Source of the DNA: a virus
Taxonomy: Duplodnaviria; Caudoviricetes
IMG/VR virus record: IMGVR_UViG_3300049982_000141
Coordinates: 1 to 42,715 of that record
DNA length: 42,715 bases
Direction: 5' to 3' (one strand)
Shown here: positions 7,823 to 17,264 of the stretch, piece by piece
Layout of the letters: every line of letters starts with the position of its first letter
How positions within the stretch are numbered: the stretch's first letter is position 1
Translations under genes and position numbers: made by a program
Notes under the pieces: model-generated
The model's input: only the letters and a program-made list of their open reading frames with translations
Told to the model about the DNA's origin: nothing
Databases searched by the model: none

Positions 7823-9874
7823 GTGGGCAACGAAATCAAGATTAAAGTCACCGCGGAAAACGGCACTGTCACTACCTTCGGCAAACTCAAGGAAGATCTC
7901 AAGGATGTCGAGACCTCCGCCGACAAGGCGGGCACGGAAATCCATGGTCTCGGTACCGATCTGAAGGACACTGGCGAGCACGTCAAGGGATTCACTCAAC
8001 CCGTGGTGGTAGCCGGCGGCGAGATGCGGAAGTTCAGCACCCACACGCAGCAGGTCAAGTCCGACCTGAAGGCACTCGAGACCGGCATGGCCATGAGTCG
8101 GCAGGCGCTCTCGCAGCTCACCTCCGCTTTTGCGCAGACCGATGACGCCGCGCAGCGGGTGGACCTGAAGAAGGCTATCTCCAAGATCAAGTCTGATCTC
8201 TCCTCGGCTGGTAGCGCGCACAAGATCAAACTCACTGAGCTGATGGATCTGGAGCCGTCGCCGGCCGACGGTAAGAAGTTCGTCACGAAGCTCGCAGACG
8301 GAATCGAGGCCGCAGGGCCGATCATTCCGAGCGTGATAGCCGCAGCCCTGGCCGCGTCCCCACTGATCGGTGCCACAATCTCCGGCGCCGTCATCGGCGG
8401 TGTGGGCATCGGCGGTGTAGTCGGCGGCCTGATCCTGGCATCCAAAGACCCCCGGGTGAAAGCTGCGTTCACCGCTACGGCCACGGGGCTGAAGCAGCAG
8501 TTGACCGAGGCCAGCTCCTCTTTCGTCACGCCGGCCATCGCGGCGATCGGCACCCTCGGGGGAGCTGTTCAGCGGATCAACTTCAAGGCCATCTTCGCGG
8601 ACGCATCCCGGTACGTCGCCCCCCTGGCCGCCGGCCTGGGTTCTTTCCTCTCCGGGGTCAGCAGCGGTATCAAGGATCTGGTCCATGCGGCCGGACCAGT
8701 CATCTCCGTCATCAGCACGTCGCTCAGCGATCTCGGTGGGGTACTCAAGACAGCATTCCACGACATGGCCGCGCACGGCGAGGAGGGCGCTAAAGCGCTG
8801 CGTACCATCCTGACCGGAGTCAACGCGATCATCGCCAACGTCTTCTACCTGATCAACGGCCTGACGACGGTCTACGGGTGGATAGACAAGATCGGCGGCA
8901 CGGCCGTCTTCAACCTGCTCGAGCTGTCCATGCGCGACGCCACCGGAGCGGCAGAGAACGCCGGCAGCGCCGTGGTCACCCTGGCGAAGAAGTTCCTGGG
9001 GGTCGGTGACGACGCCAAGACCAGCGCCAACGGAATCCAGTCCCTAGCCGAACAGCTGAACGTCACCACCACCGCGGCACGCTCGCTGTTCGGGGCGTCC
9101 ACATCGGCCGGCGAGGCTATCGACGCGGTCACCGCGGCGGCGAAGAAGAACGGCAAAACCCTGGACTCGAGTACCGAGAAGGGCCGCGCGAACCGTACCG
9201 CGATAGAGAACCTCGCCACCGCCCTCGAGAAGCAGACGAACGCCTACCGCGACGTGAACGGTGAGGGCGCCAAAGCCGACGGAGTGGCCCGGATCAACCG
9301 GGAGACCTTCATCCGCCTGGCCACCACGCTGACCGGATCGGCCAGGAGGGCGCGGGAACTCGCCGATCAGCTGCTCGGTATCCCCGCCAAGCGGGACGTC
9401 AAAATCACCGCGAACACGCACGACGCCGAGGGCCGGATCAAGGCGTTGCAGGACAAGGTCAACGCAGTCCACGGCAAGACCGTCACCCTGACCGTCCGCA
9501 CCGTCATGTCGAACGGCAACATCCACGTGAGCGGGCCCGGCGGTAGCGGTACGCAGGTTAAGGGCTTCGCCTCCGGCGGCATCATCGGGGCCGGTCACGC
9601 CGCGGAGGGCGGCCCCCGCAGCGGACTCACGCTGGTGGGCGAGAATGGGCCCGAGCTGGCTGACCTGGCGCCGGGGACGACCGTCCACAGTAACGGCGAC
9701 TCTCGGCGGATGCTCGGCCAGATGGGCGGCGGAGGTACGGTCACGCTGAAGTTCGTACCCTCCGGTAACCGCGTACTCGACGAACTGTTCAACTGGATGC
9801 TGACCCATTTGAAAGAGGTCGCGCGCACCCAGTACAGCTCAGACGCCAATCTGATGTTCGGTGGTACCCGCTGA
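7823..9874 (+). CDS. tape measure protein
   Basis: GGAGG RBS; long Ala/Gly/Lys-rich helical ORF after the chaperone; C-terminal FASGG...LVGENGPEL motif. Confidence 0.85.
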   Translation: MGNEIKIKVTAENGTVTTFGKLKEDLKDVETSADKAGTEIHGLGTDLKDTGEHVKGFTQPVVVAGGEMRKFSTHTQQVKSDLKALETGMAMSRQALSQLTSAFAQTDDAAQRVDLKKAISKIKSDLSSAGSAHKIKLTELMDLEPSPADGKKFVTKLADGIEAAGPIIPSVIAAALAASPLIGATISGAVIGGVGIGGVVGGLILASKDPRVKAAFTATATGLKQQLTEASSSFVTPAIAAIGTLGGAVQRINFKAIFADASRYVAPLAAGLGSFLSGVSSGIKDLVHAAGPVISVISTSLSDLGGVLKTAFHDMAAHGEEGAKALRTILTGVNAIIANVFYLINGLTTVYGWIDKIGGTAVFNLLELSMRDATGAAENAGSAVVTLAKKFLGVGDDAKTSANGIQSLAEQLNVTTTAARSLFGASTSAGEAIDAVTAAAKKNGKTLDSSTEKGRANRTAIENLATALEKQTNAYRDVNGEGAKADGVARINRETFIRLATTLTGSARRARELADQLLGIPAKRDVKITANTHDAEGRIKALQDKVNAVHGKTVTLTVRTVMSNGNIHVSGPGGSGTQVKGFASGGIIGAGHAAEGGPRSGLTLVGENGPELADLAPGTTVHSNGDSRRMLGQMGGGGTVTLKFVPSGNRVLDELFNWMLTHLKEVARTQYSSDANLMFGGTR

Positions 9875-12693
9875 TGGCGTTTCCGCAGACCCCTCTGCCG
9901 ATCAAGGCCGAATTCATGATCGGGGGAGTGTGGACGAACGTCACCTCGCGCATCCGCCTGGCCGACATGATCCGGCTCCGGAAGGGTTTCCAGAACGAGC
10001 AGGGCACTACCGTCACCCCGGATACCGCGCAGTTCACCGTGAACAACCGGGACGGACTGTTCTCCAACCGCAACCCGAACAGCATCTACTACGGCCTACT
10101 GCCGAAGAACACCCAGTGCCGGTTCTCCGTAACTGGTACGACGGTCAACCTGCTCATGCCGCCGGCTATCAGCCCGGCCGTCGGAGGCGGCGTGAGCACC
10201 ACGGACAAAGCCGTACTCGATATCGTCGGGGACCTCGACATCCGGGTGGACGTGGAGCCCGGGCTATGGCAACCCGGCGCCTACCTCATCCTGGCCAGCA
10301 AGTGGGAGCAGACCACCAACCAACGATCCTGGGTGTTCTTCATCTCGCCCTCCGGTCAGCTCATGCTCGAGTGGACCACGGACGGTACCGGCGCCACCAT
10401 CCACTTCGTCACCGCTACCACCACCGTGCCGACCACCACCGCGCGGCTGTCCGTCAAGGTGACCCTGGACGTAGACAACGGCGCCGCGGGCAACACGGTC
10501 GCTTTCTACTATGCCACGTCGATCGGTGGCGCCTACACCCAGATCGGTACCTCAGTGGTCTCAGCCGGGGTCACCTCCATCTTCAGCGGCTCAGCGCTGG
10601 TAGTGGCGGGCGGCGGCCAGGACATCACAGGCACCAGCGTGTACGGCTTCATCGGCAAGTACTACTCGATGGAGTTGCGCAACGGGATCGCCGGCACGCT
10701 GGTCGCGAAGATGGACGCTACCGGCCAGGCGGCCGGCACCACCTCATGGAGCGACGGGCTGGGCACCCCGAACACCTGGACAGTGGTCAGCCCAGCTGAG
10801 TTGACCGCGGACGACCGGCGATTCTGGGGCGAGATCTCCGAGCTTCCGCAGCGCTGGGACCCCAGCGGCAACGACGTGTACGTGCCGATCACAGCGAGTT
10901 CCATCCTGCGGCGACTCGGCACCGGCAGGTCGCCTCTGGTCAGTCCGATCTATCGGTACTTCAACTCCCTGGCCGGGTCCGGCTACTGGCCGTTGGAGAC
11001 GGCGGGCAGCTCCACCGTGCCGGGTTCGCCGGGGGCGCTGCTCATCGACGTTTCGTTCAGCACCGACCAGGACTTCCTTGGCTCGGCCGGCCTGGCCATT
11101 CTGAACAGCGCAACCAGCAGCGCGTCGGGAACCGCGAAGGCCACCATCGATGCGTCGTACGCCGATTATGTCATCTACTTCAAGTACCCGACGGTGCCAG
11201 CGGCCGAGACGACGCTGGTGACGATTCGCGGTACCGGCACCGTGCCGACGTGGAGACTTACCGTCAGCAACGCCAACTTCACCCTGTACGCGCTGGACAA
11301 GTACGGCACGACACTCAACTCACAGGGTACGACGTTCGGTACCAACGTGTCGCCGGATAACTGGATCGCCATGCGCTTCCAGATCCACACCGCCGGGGGC
11401 AGCATCTACACCGAGGTCGGCTGGTACCAGCTGGGTGACACCGTATCGTGGGGTTTTTCCACCGCCGCATTCGTAGCTGGTACCTCGGTGGGGCGTTTCG
11501 TCAGCTGGGCGATCGAGGGGGTCAGCGGCGTCGCCAACGTGGGGCTCCAGTTCGCGCACTCGCTGATCGGGCAGATCAACTTCGTCAACGTAGGTGGTTC
11601 GTTCGCCGACTCGGCCAACGGCTTCTTCAACGAGCGAGCCGGCCGGCGTTTCCTGCGTGTCGCCGCCGACGCCGGCATTGCCGCGGTGGTAATCGGTGAC
11701 GCTGACGCCACAGTGCAGATGGACCGGCAACCGTCCGCCTCGCTGGTCACCATCCTTCAGGAGTGCTGCGACGCGGAGTCCGGTTTCCTCCTGTCCACGC
11801 ACACGGCGCTCGGCGTGGCGATGCGCACCCGCGCCTCCCTGTACGCGCAGCTGCCCGGCGCCGTACTCGACTACGGGGCGAACGCGCTCAGCGGCGAACT
11901 GTTGCCCACCGACGACGACCAGACGACCCGCAACGACGTGACGATCACCCGTCCCCGCGGGGGTTTCGGCCGCAGCATCGTCACCACGGGACCGAACAAC
12001 ACCAGCAGCTCCACCGTGGACCCGCAGGGCGTGGGCCTGTACGACACGTCTTATCAGCTCAACCTCGGCGGCGACCACGACGCGGTACGCAGTGCAGAGT
12101 TCGCCACCTACCTCGGCACCTGGGACGAGTTGCGCTACCCCGTAGTCAGCGTACAGCTGCAACGGAGTCTGTTCGTGGCCAGCGCCACGCTGACCGCTGC
12201 GGTTCCGAAGATCAGCGTGGGTGACCCGTTCTCGATCTCCAACCCGCCAGCCTGGCTACCACCGAACGCGGTGGAGCTGATGGCGCGCGGCGTGGTGGAG
12301 ACACTGGAGAACCGCGGCTGGACGTTCAGCTGGAACACCCAGCCGTACGGCCCGTTCCGCAACGTCAACAACCTGACGTCGAACAGCGTCGTCTCGCACT
12401 TCCGGGCAGCGGCCAGCAACAGCAGCGTGCAGGCGGGGTTCACCTCCACCGCGACAAGCTTCACCGTGCAAACCCCGGTCGGCTCGAAGTGGGGCACCCT
12501 GGCCGCCAAGCCGGGCAACTTCCCGTTGGACATCTTCATCGCCGGGGAGCGCATCACGGTAGGCGCGATCGCCGCCGCGGTAGGTGCTAACCAGGTGTTC
12601 AGCTCGTGTACCCGATCGGTGAACGGTATCGTCAAAGCACATCTGGTCAACGAAGTAGTACAAATTGCTGACGTTTTCTACGCAGGATTCTAG
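9874..12693 (+). CDS. minor tail protein (tail tip hub with LamG/concanavalin-like inserts)
   Basis: TGATG coupling; GVWTNVT...FTVNNRDGLFSNRNP.S.YYG; YWPLE; RNDVTITR; LRYPVVSV. Confidence 0.75.
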   Translation: MAFPQTPLPIKAEFMIGGVWTNVTSRIRLADMIRLRKGFQNEQGTTVTPDTAQFTVNNRDGLFSNRNPNSIYYGLLPKNTQCRFSVTGTTVNLLMPPAISPAVGGGVSTTDKAVLDIVGDLDIRVDVEPGLWQPGAYLILASKWEQTTNQRSWVFFISPSGQLMLEWTTDGTGATIHFVTATTTVPTTTARLSVKVTLDVDNGAAGNTVAFYYATSIGGAYTQIGTSVVSAGVTSIFSGSALVVAGGGQDITGTSVYGFIGKYYSMELRNGIAGTLVAKMDATGQAAGTTSWSDGLGTPNTWTVVSPAELTADDRRFWGEISELPQRWDPSGNDVYVPITASSILRRLGTGRSPLVSPIYRYFNSLAGSGYWPLETAGSSTVPGSPGALLIDVSFSTDQDFLGSAGLAILNSATSSASGTAKATIDASYADYVIYFKYPTVPAAETTLVTIRGTGTVPTWRLTVSNANFTLYALDKYGTTLNSQGTTFGTNVSPDNWIAMRFQIHTAGGSIYTEVGWYQLGDTVSWGFSTAAFVAGTSVGRFVSWAIEGVSGVANVGLQFAHSLIGQINFVNVGGSFADSANGFFNERAGRRFLRVAADAGIAAVVIGDADATVQMDRQPSASLVTILQECCDAESGFLLSTHTALGVAMRTRASLYAQLPGAVLDYGANALSGELLPTDDDQTTRNDVTITRPRGGFGRSIVTTGPNNTSSSTVDPQGVGLYDTSYQLNLGGDHDAVRSAEFATYLGTWDELRYPVVSVQLQRSLFVASATLTAAVPKISVGDPFSISNPPAWLPPNAVELMARGVVETLENRGWTFSWNTQPYGPFRNVNNLTSNSVVSHFRAAASNSSVQAGFTSTATSFTVQTPVGSKWGTLAAKPGNFPLDIFIAGERITVGAIAAAVGANQVFSSCTRSVNGIVKAHLVNEVVQIADVFYAGF

Positions 12694-12704
12694 AGGAGAA
12701 ACGA

Positions 12705-13412
12705 ATGGCTGACGTAGACGTCGGAGATCTGGTCACCGCCGATGTCATCGACGGTTTCAAGTGGGTAGCGCAGGAGGTGTTCACCGCCAACGGCACCTTC
12801 ACCAAAGCCACCTACGCGGCCACCTCGAAGTGTCACGTGCAGGTACAGGGTGGCGGCGGAGGCGGCGGCGGTGCGGGTGCGGCGGCCGCCGGCCAGCACG
12901 CCATGGGCGGCGGCGGTGGCGGCGGCGGGTACGCCGAGTCCTGGATCGACTTCGCCTCCCTGGCCGCCACCACGACGGTCACCGTGGGCGCCACCGCGGC
13001 CGGCGGCGTGGGCGGTGCGGCCGGCACTGCCGGTAACGCCTCCTCGTTCGGTGCCTTCGCGGTGTGCCCGGGCGGCAGCGCCGGCAGCTTCCAGCTCACC
13101 ACAGCGCAGGCCTCCGGCTGCTCAGCCGGTTCCGGCGGTATCGCCTCAGCTGGCGACATCCGTACCAGCGGGTGTGGCGGTAGTACGGGCATCGGGTACA
13201 CCGCAGGTTTCGCCGCAGGTGGTGCCGGGGGCGCTAGCCGGCTCGGCGGCGGTGGCGGCGGTAAAACCACCGCTACCACAACAACCCAGGCCGGTGACCC
13301 CGGAGGCCTGTACGGTGGGGGCGGCGGCGGCGCGTTCGCGAACGCCGGCACCGGCCCTTCCAACGGAGGCGCCGGAGCGGCGGGCATCGTCATCGTGGAC
13401 ATCTACTCGTAG
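12705..13412 (+). CDS. glycine-rich minor tail protein
   Basis: GAGGAG RBS; VFTANGTFT..VQVQGGGGGGG...GAGAAGIVIV. Confidence 0.75.
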   Translation: MADVDVGDLVTADVIDGFKWVAQEVFTANGTFTKATYAATSKCHVQVQGGGGGGGGAGAAAAGQHAMGGGGGGGGYAESWIDFASLAATTTVTVGATAAGGVGGAAGTAGNASSFGAFAVCPGGSAGSFQLTTAQASGCSAGSGGIASAGDIRTSGCGGSTGIGYTAGFAAGGAGGASRLGGGGGGKTTATTTTQAGDPGGLYGGGGGGAFANAGTGPSNGGAGAAGIVIVDIYS

Positions 13413-13423
13413 GAGGTAAGGGG

Positions 13424-14233
13424 ATGGCGAGTCAGGCGTACTACAACTGGGTATCGGACGGTAAGCCGAAGAGGTTCAGCCGACCGATCACGGCGATTGC
13501 TGATCGCCTCCAGGAGCATGGGTACACCGTCTACCAAGAAGGCAACCAAGCGCACCTGACCCATGAGCCGCCGGAAGACCACACCTTCTTCTCCGCGACC
13601 GGTTGGCCGGGCAAGAGTCCTTACCCGTACTGCAACGCCATGGACATCATGCCGCCGGATGCCGGCCAGAAAAGCAAGCTCACGGGCGAACGCCTGCCGA
13701 GCCTTCAACTGCTCTCGGCTCAGCTCTACGCGGATAAGCAGGCGAAGCATCCCGGTGTCGCGTTTCTGAAGTACATGAACAGTGAGCCGGCGGGAAACAA
13801 TACCGGGCCCTGCTATCACGACAGCTGGACACCGGACCACTCGCGAATCAACTCCACGGACCGCGGGCACATCCACATTTCCGGCCGCTCCGACTCGGTA
13901 ACCTCGACACTGTCCGACGACTACGATCTCGTAGCACGAGTAACAGGAGATGACATGGCAGCAGTAGACCTCACCCCCGACGCCGTGACCGCCGTCAAGA
14001 ATGCCGTTCTCGGCGTGCTCGGCTCATCCGGCCCTACCGCCGGCCAGGACATCGAGAGCTTGGAGACCTTCCCGGCGAAGTTCGCCGAGATCCTCGCCGC
14101 GGTACAGGCGATCAACACGCCGACCGTGGATGTCAACGCCCTGGCCGACGCCATCGTGGCGCGGCTCCCGCAGGGCACACTAACCAAGCAGGATGTAGCC
14201 GACGTCCTGAACTCTGGCGTCTTCACCCCGTAA
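13424..14233 (+). CDS. endolysin, putative Zn peptidase of M15/LAS-like fold
   Basis: follows tail genes, precedes membrane proteins; GN.AH...EDH...AMDI...HIHIS metal-ligand pattern. Confidence 0.65.
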   Translation: MASQAYYNWVSDGKPKRFSRPITAIADRLQEHGYTVYQEGNQAHLTHEPPEDHTFFSATGWPGKSPYPYCNAMDIMPPDAGQKSKLTGERLPSLQLLSAQLYADKQAKHPGVAFLKYMNSEPAGNNTGPCYHDSWTPDHSRINSTDRGHIHISGRSDSVTSTLSDDYDLVARVTGDDMAAVDLTPDAVTAVKNAVLGVLGSSGPTAGQDIESLETFPAKFAEILAAVQAINTPTVDVNALADAIVARLPQGTLTKQDVADVLNSGVFTP

Positions 14234-14287
14234 GATCAGCCGAACGAAGGCCGCTAACCCCGGCGGTACCGGAGCGGAGGATCATGC

Positions 14288-14551
14288 GTGAACAACTCAC
14301 GCCGGCCGAAGTGGCTTACGGTGTTTATCGACGTGAGCAGCTATATCGGGGGTTGGGCACTGATCGCATATCAGGCGCTCGCCGTGCCGCCGAAAGACGT
14401 GAACGAATGGTTCCTGCTCCTGGGTGGGTCGCTGATCGGAGTACCCGGGGTGGCGGAGATCCTGGCTTGGAAGGCGAGAGGCGGCACTGGTACGGAAACA
14501 CCCGACTCATCACCTCCGCAGGTACCCTCGCCGGATTCGGTGCCTGGTTGA
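14288..14551 (+). CDS. membrane protein of lysis cassette
   Basis: GGAGG 7 nt upstream of GTG; two hydrophobic segments. Confidence 0.6.
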   Translation: MNNSRRPKWLTVFIDVSSYIGGWALIAYQALAVPPKDVNEWFLLLGGSLIGVPGVAEILAWKARGGTGTETPDSSPPQVPSPDSVPG

Positions 14552-14580
14552 TCGTCAAGCACCTGATCGGCGGTTGACGC

Positions 14581-14877
14581 GTGGTAGTGCAGTTGCCCGC
14601 GACGCCGGGATGGCGATTGTGGTTGACGCTGCTCAGTATCGTTGTCATCGCCTCCACGGTCAGCATCTATGTCAGCATCCGGGAAGCGGAGCGCACCACC
14701 GACGAGACGATCGCCCGGGACCGTGCTGCCAGGGTCGTACAGCACGAGGCAACCTGCACACTGGTAGCGCACATCCTGGCCGCGTACGAAGAAACTCCAC
14801 CGCCTACCACGGCGGGCAGGAACGTGGCGGAAGCGTGGCGCGACGAATACCGCACCATTGGATGCCCACCGAGGTAA
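14581..14877 (+). CDS. single-pass membrane protein of lysis cassette
   Basis: LWLTLLSIVVIASTVSIYV followed by a helical domain with two Cys. Confidence 0.55.
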   Translation: MVVQLPATPGWRLWLTLLSIVVIASTVSIYVSIREAERTTDETIARDRAARVVQHEATCTLVAHILAAYEETPPPTTAGRNVAEAWRDEYRTIGCPPR

Positions 14878-14887
14878 GGGGACAGTC

Positions 14888-15118
14888 ATGACGATCAACA
14901 CGGACAGCGCCGACGCCGGCCAGGGGCTCAAGCGGGAGAGCAAGTTCGGCCTGCTCGTAGGGTTCGCGGTCACCGCGGCCACCGACGCCGCACTTCAGGG
15001 CCTGACCAATCTGGACACCTCCCACTGGTCCGGCTGGTGGGTGACCCTGGCCGTGGCCGCAGTCGGTACCGCGATCGGCTTGCTGACCGCGTACAAGACG
15101 AAAAACCGTAAGCGCTGA
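14888..15118 (+). CDS. holin-like membrane protein
   Basis: AAGGGG RBS; two hydrophobic segments; basic C-terminus KTKNRKR. Confidence 0.6.
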   Translation: MTINTDSADAGQGLKRESKFGLLVGFAVTAATDAALQGLTNLDTSHWSGWWVTLAVAAVGTAIGLLTAYKTKNRKR

Positions 15119-15136
15119 GCCGCCGGCCGCACAGAC

Positions 15137-15182
15137 AGAAGCCCCGCATGTTTCCACGGGTAGCAGACAGTGCGGGGCTTCT
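15137..15182. terminator. hairpin between convergent late and early blocks
   Basis: AGAAGCCCCGCA / TGCGGGGCTTCT 12-bp stem. Confidence 0.6.
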
Positions 15183-15187
15183 CTGCG

Positions 15188-15301
15188 TCACCGACGGTGC
15201 CGACCCTTCGAGCCCTGCCAGAACAGCGGCCGCAGCAGCGCACCGAGGATAACGATCGTGGCAGGAAAGCCGACGATCAGTCCCCACTGGATACCGGTCA
15301 C
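15188..15301 (-). CDS. small membrane protein (37 aa)
   Basis: GTG start; WGLIVGFPATIVILGALL followed by a basic tail. Confidence 0.5.
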   Translation of the reverse strand: MTGIQWGLIVGFPATIVILGALLRPLFWQGSKGRHRR

Positions 15302-15309
15302 GTGAGCCC

Positions 15310-15522
15310 CTAACCCCACGCCCTCCACCGCCACACCGGGTATACCAGAATCAGGAACGGACCAGATTCGACGAGCCGGGGTGGATCGGGCATTACGTGG
15401 GCCCCCTCTTCGCACAGGGCGTAATCGTCGACCATCTGACGAAGTATCTCCTCCGGAATCTCCTCCGGGAGTGGAACCGAAATCGTGCCGTAGTTGCGTA
15501 GGTGCTCGAATCCTTCAAGCAT
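15310..15522 (-). CDS. hypothetical protein
   Basis: 70-aa ORF in a tightly packed leftward operon. Confidence 0.55.
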   Translation of the reverse strand: MLEGFEHLRNYGTISVPLPEEIPEEILRQMVDDYALCEEGAHVMPDPPRLVESGPFLILVYPVWRWRAWG

Positions 15523-15613
15523 TGAAAACCCATCGTTGAGTCTCGGTGGAGATGATGAGTGCGATGAGCAGCAGCGAGGGTAGAAGGTCGAAGAGATGAT
15601 CGAATACCGTCAT
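15515..15613 (-). CDS. small membrane peptide (32 aa)
   Basis: TGATG coupling; LFDLLPSLLLIALII. Confidence 0.45.
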   Translation of the reverse strand: MTVFDHLFDLLPSLLLIALIISTETQRWVFNA

Positions 15614-15717
15614 CAGACCCACCAGGACGCCCACGCCACGTAGACGATGACTCCGTTCAGCAGCAACGTCGGGATCATCAGGGCGGGAAGATCCAGTAAC
15701 CCCCATCGGCGCTTCAC
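15613..15717 (-). CDS. small membrane peptide (34 aa)
   Basis: GTGA coupling; MKRRWGLLDLPALMIPTLLLNGVIVYVAWASWWV. Confidence 0.45.
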   Translation of the reverse strand: MKRRWGLLDLPALMIPTLLLNGVIVYVAWASWWV

Positions 15718-15887
15718 TCCGGCGGAATCGAGCGACGCAGCGGCGGCACCCGCCACATCGGCACAGCGCTGCGCTTGATGGCGTGCCAGACCACCAGAAA
15801 ACCGTCGGTGTCGTCGTACCCGTCCGGCACCTTGCCGGCTACTACGGACCCGTCGAGTGGTCCACCGAAGCACAGGTATCTCTTCAT
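15714..15887 (-). CDS. hypothetical protein (57 aa, not in ORF track)
   Basis: coupled to neighbours at both ends; MKRYLCFGGPLDG start. Confidence 0.55.
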   Translation of the reverse strand: MKRYLCFGGPLDGSVVAGKVPDGYDDTDGFLVVWHAIKRSAVPMWRVPPLRRSIPPE

Positions 15888-16450
15888 CACAGCATCCCTT
15901 CATCGAACGGAATCAGTGCAGCCTTACCGTCCCGCATGACCACTTGGCCGCCACGGCGGTTCCACGCGTCCAGTCCCCCGTACACCCCGCCCCACGATCC
16001 GGGCGGGTCTTCGCCGGCCTTCACCCACGCACGGCAGGCGACCCATACTGGACACGGCGCCGTGTTGCACAGTCGCTTAGCACGGTCACGCGCTTCGATG
16101 CTCTTGTTCGTCAGGCCCATGTTGCCCGAATCGGCGAACGCTTCCTGGCCGCGCGGCGTCTGACACAGGCCGGCCCGCAGGTCGGGCGTGGGAACCTTCG
16201 ACGGCTTAGGGCGTAGCTCCGGCAGGCTGATTCCACGCGCACGGGGCCCGCGGCGCTGCTCGGCCGGGCGGGACTGGATCGCCGTCTTCCACGCCGCAAA
16301 CGCCTTCCTGGCGCCGTAGCAGATGCACGCCGGCCGGGCCCGCCCGTGGTGCGTCGCCCTGGCCGATGAAACCGTGTTGTGGTTACGGGCGGGGCAGTCG
16401 GCCAGGATGGCCCACGGGCCGTTGCCGGGTAGGCCCGGGGTGACGGTCAC
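15887..16450 (-). CDS. whiB: WhiB-family transcription factor with N-terminal Cys/His extension
   Basis: GLC...AKRLCNTAPCPVWVAC...GGVYGGL WhiB signature; GTG at 16450 coupled to the upstream stop. Confidence 0.75.
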   Translation of the reverse strand: MTVTPGLPGNGPWAILADCPARNHNTVSSARATHHGRARPACICYGARKAFAAWKTAIQSRPAEQRRGPRARGISLPELRPKPSKVPTPDLRAGLCQTPRGQEAFADSGNMGLTNKSIEARDRAKRLCNTAPCPVWVACRAWVKAGEDPPGSWGGVYGGLDAWNRRGGQVVMRDGKAALIPFDEGML

Positions 16451-16830
16451 GGCTGACGCACCCGGTACGGACCGTGCCGGCGTTGCGCGGTCAGTGAGTT
16501 GGTCGACGCTGGGTAGTAGATCCACTGACCGTTCAGCTTGTAACCGAAGACGACGTAACGCACACCCCGGTCCTCGGCCAGCTGGCGCGCCCGGTCAAAG
16601 GCCCTTCTCCAGCTCACGGACACCTCCTCAGGATTCTGCTCGATACGGAACACGTAGCGGTGTACGCCGGGACTCGTGCGGTCCACCTGTTCACCCAGTT
16701 CCATGATGATCCGGGCGTTCATCAGCTTCGCCTGTTCTACCGCGTCCGCACGCAGTTTGACCTTCTGCTCCTCGGTGGGTGAGCCGGCTTCGGCCGCGAA
16801 CGGTAGGGCGATCCAGCCACGCTTAGCCAT
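16447..16830 (-). CDS. hypothetical protein
   Basis: AGGAG RBS, ATG (MAKRGWIALPF...). Confidence 0.6.
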   Translation of the reverse strand: MAKRGWIALPFAAEAGSPTEEQKVKLRADAVEQAKLMNARIIMELGEQVDRTSPGVHRYVFRIEQNPEEVSVSWRRAFDRARQLAEDRGVRYVVFGYKLNGQWIYYPASTNSLTAQRRHGPYRVRQP

Positions 16831-17041
16831 CACGCTTCTCCTTTTTCGGATACCAGGCGCCGGGGCCGCAGTACACCTTCTGATACCGCCATCCGGTGCG
16901 GGACGACAGGACGCTCCACACTCCCGGGAACCGATGCTGGGTCGCCATTGCGAAGTTGTAGTACCAGTGGATGCGACACCATCGCCAACAACCGTTGTGA
17001 TCGGAGGCATCAAAAGCAAACGACTCGTGTCTAGGCATCAC
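16823..17041 (-). CDS. hypothetical aromatic-rich protein
   Basis: GAGGAGG RBS; 72 aa. Confidence 0.5.
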   Translation of the reverse strand: MMPRHESFAFDASDHNGCWRWCRIHWYYNFAMATQHRFPGVWSVLSSRTGWRYQKVYCGPGAWYPKKEKRDG

Positions 17042-17264
17042 GGATCACCTCCTCGAGCACGCTGCGCAGGACGAACACCCGCGAGGTACTGACCTTCGGT
17101 GCGCCGAGATAGGCGAAGACTCCCCGCGCCGTCAGCTTCCTGGCCGCACGCATCTCCTGGTAGTCCTTCACGTAGACCATGCCGAGCGCGCTGGTGCGTG
17201 CCCGGTCGATCAGCCGTTGTTGCACGGGGCCGATCTCGGTGGGTGCGCCGTGGGTGGAACTCAC
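17031..17264 (-). CDS. hypothetical protein
   Basis: GTGA coupling; 77 aa. Confidence 0.55.
   Translation of the reverse strand: MSSTHGAPTEIGPVQQRLIDRARTSALGMVYVKDYQEMRAARKLTARGVFAYLGAPKVSTSRVFVLRSVLEEVIRDA

Noticed and set aside
12840-13390. GGC-rich runs as a possible DNA repeat element
   Set aside because: Explained by glycine codons of the tail protein
14284-14577. Alternative 97-aa ORF in the lysis cassette
   Set aside because: RBS only 3 nt from the ATG; the 14288 frame has better spacing and membrane character
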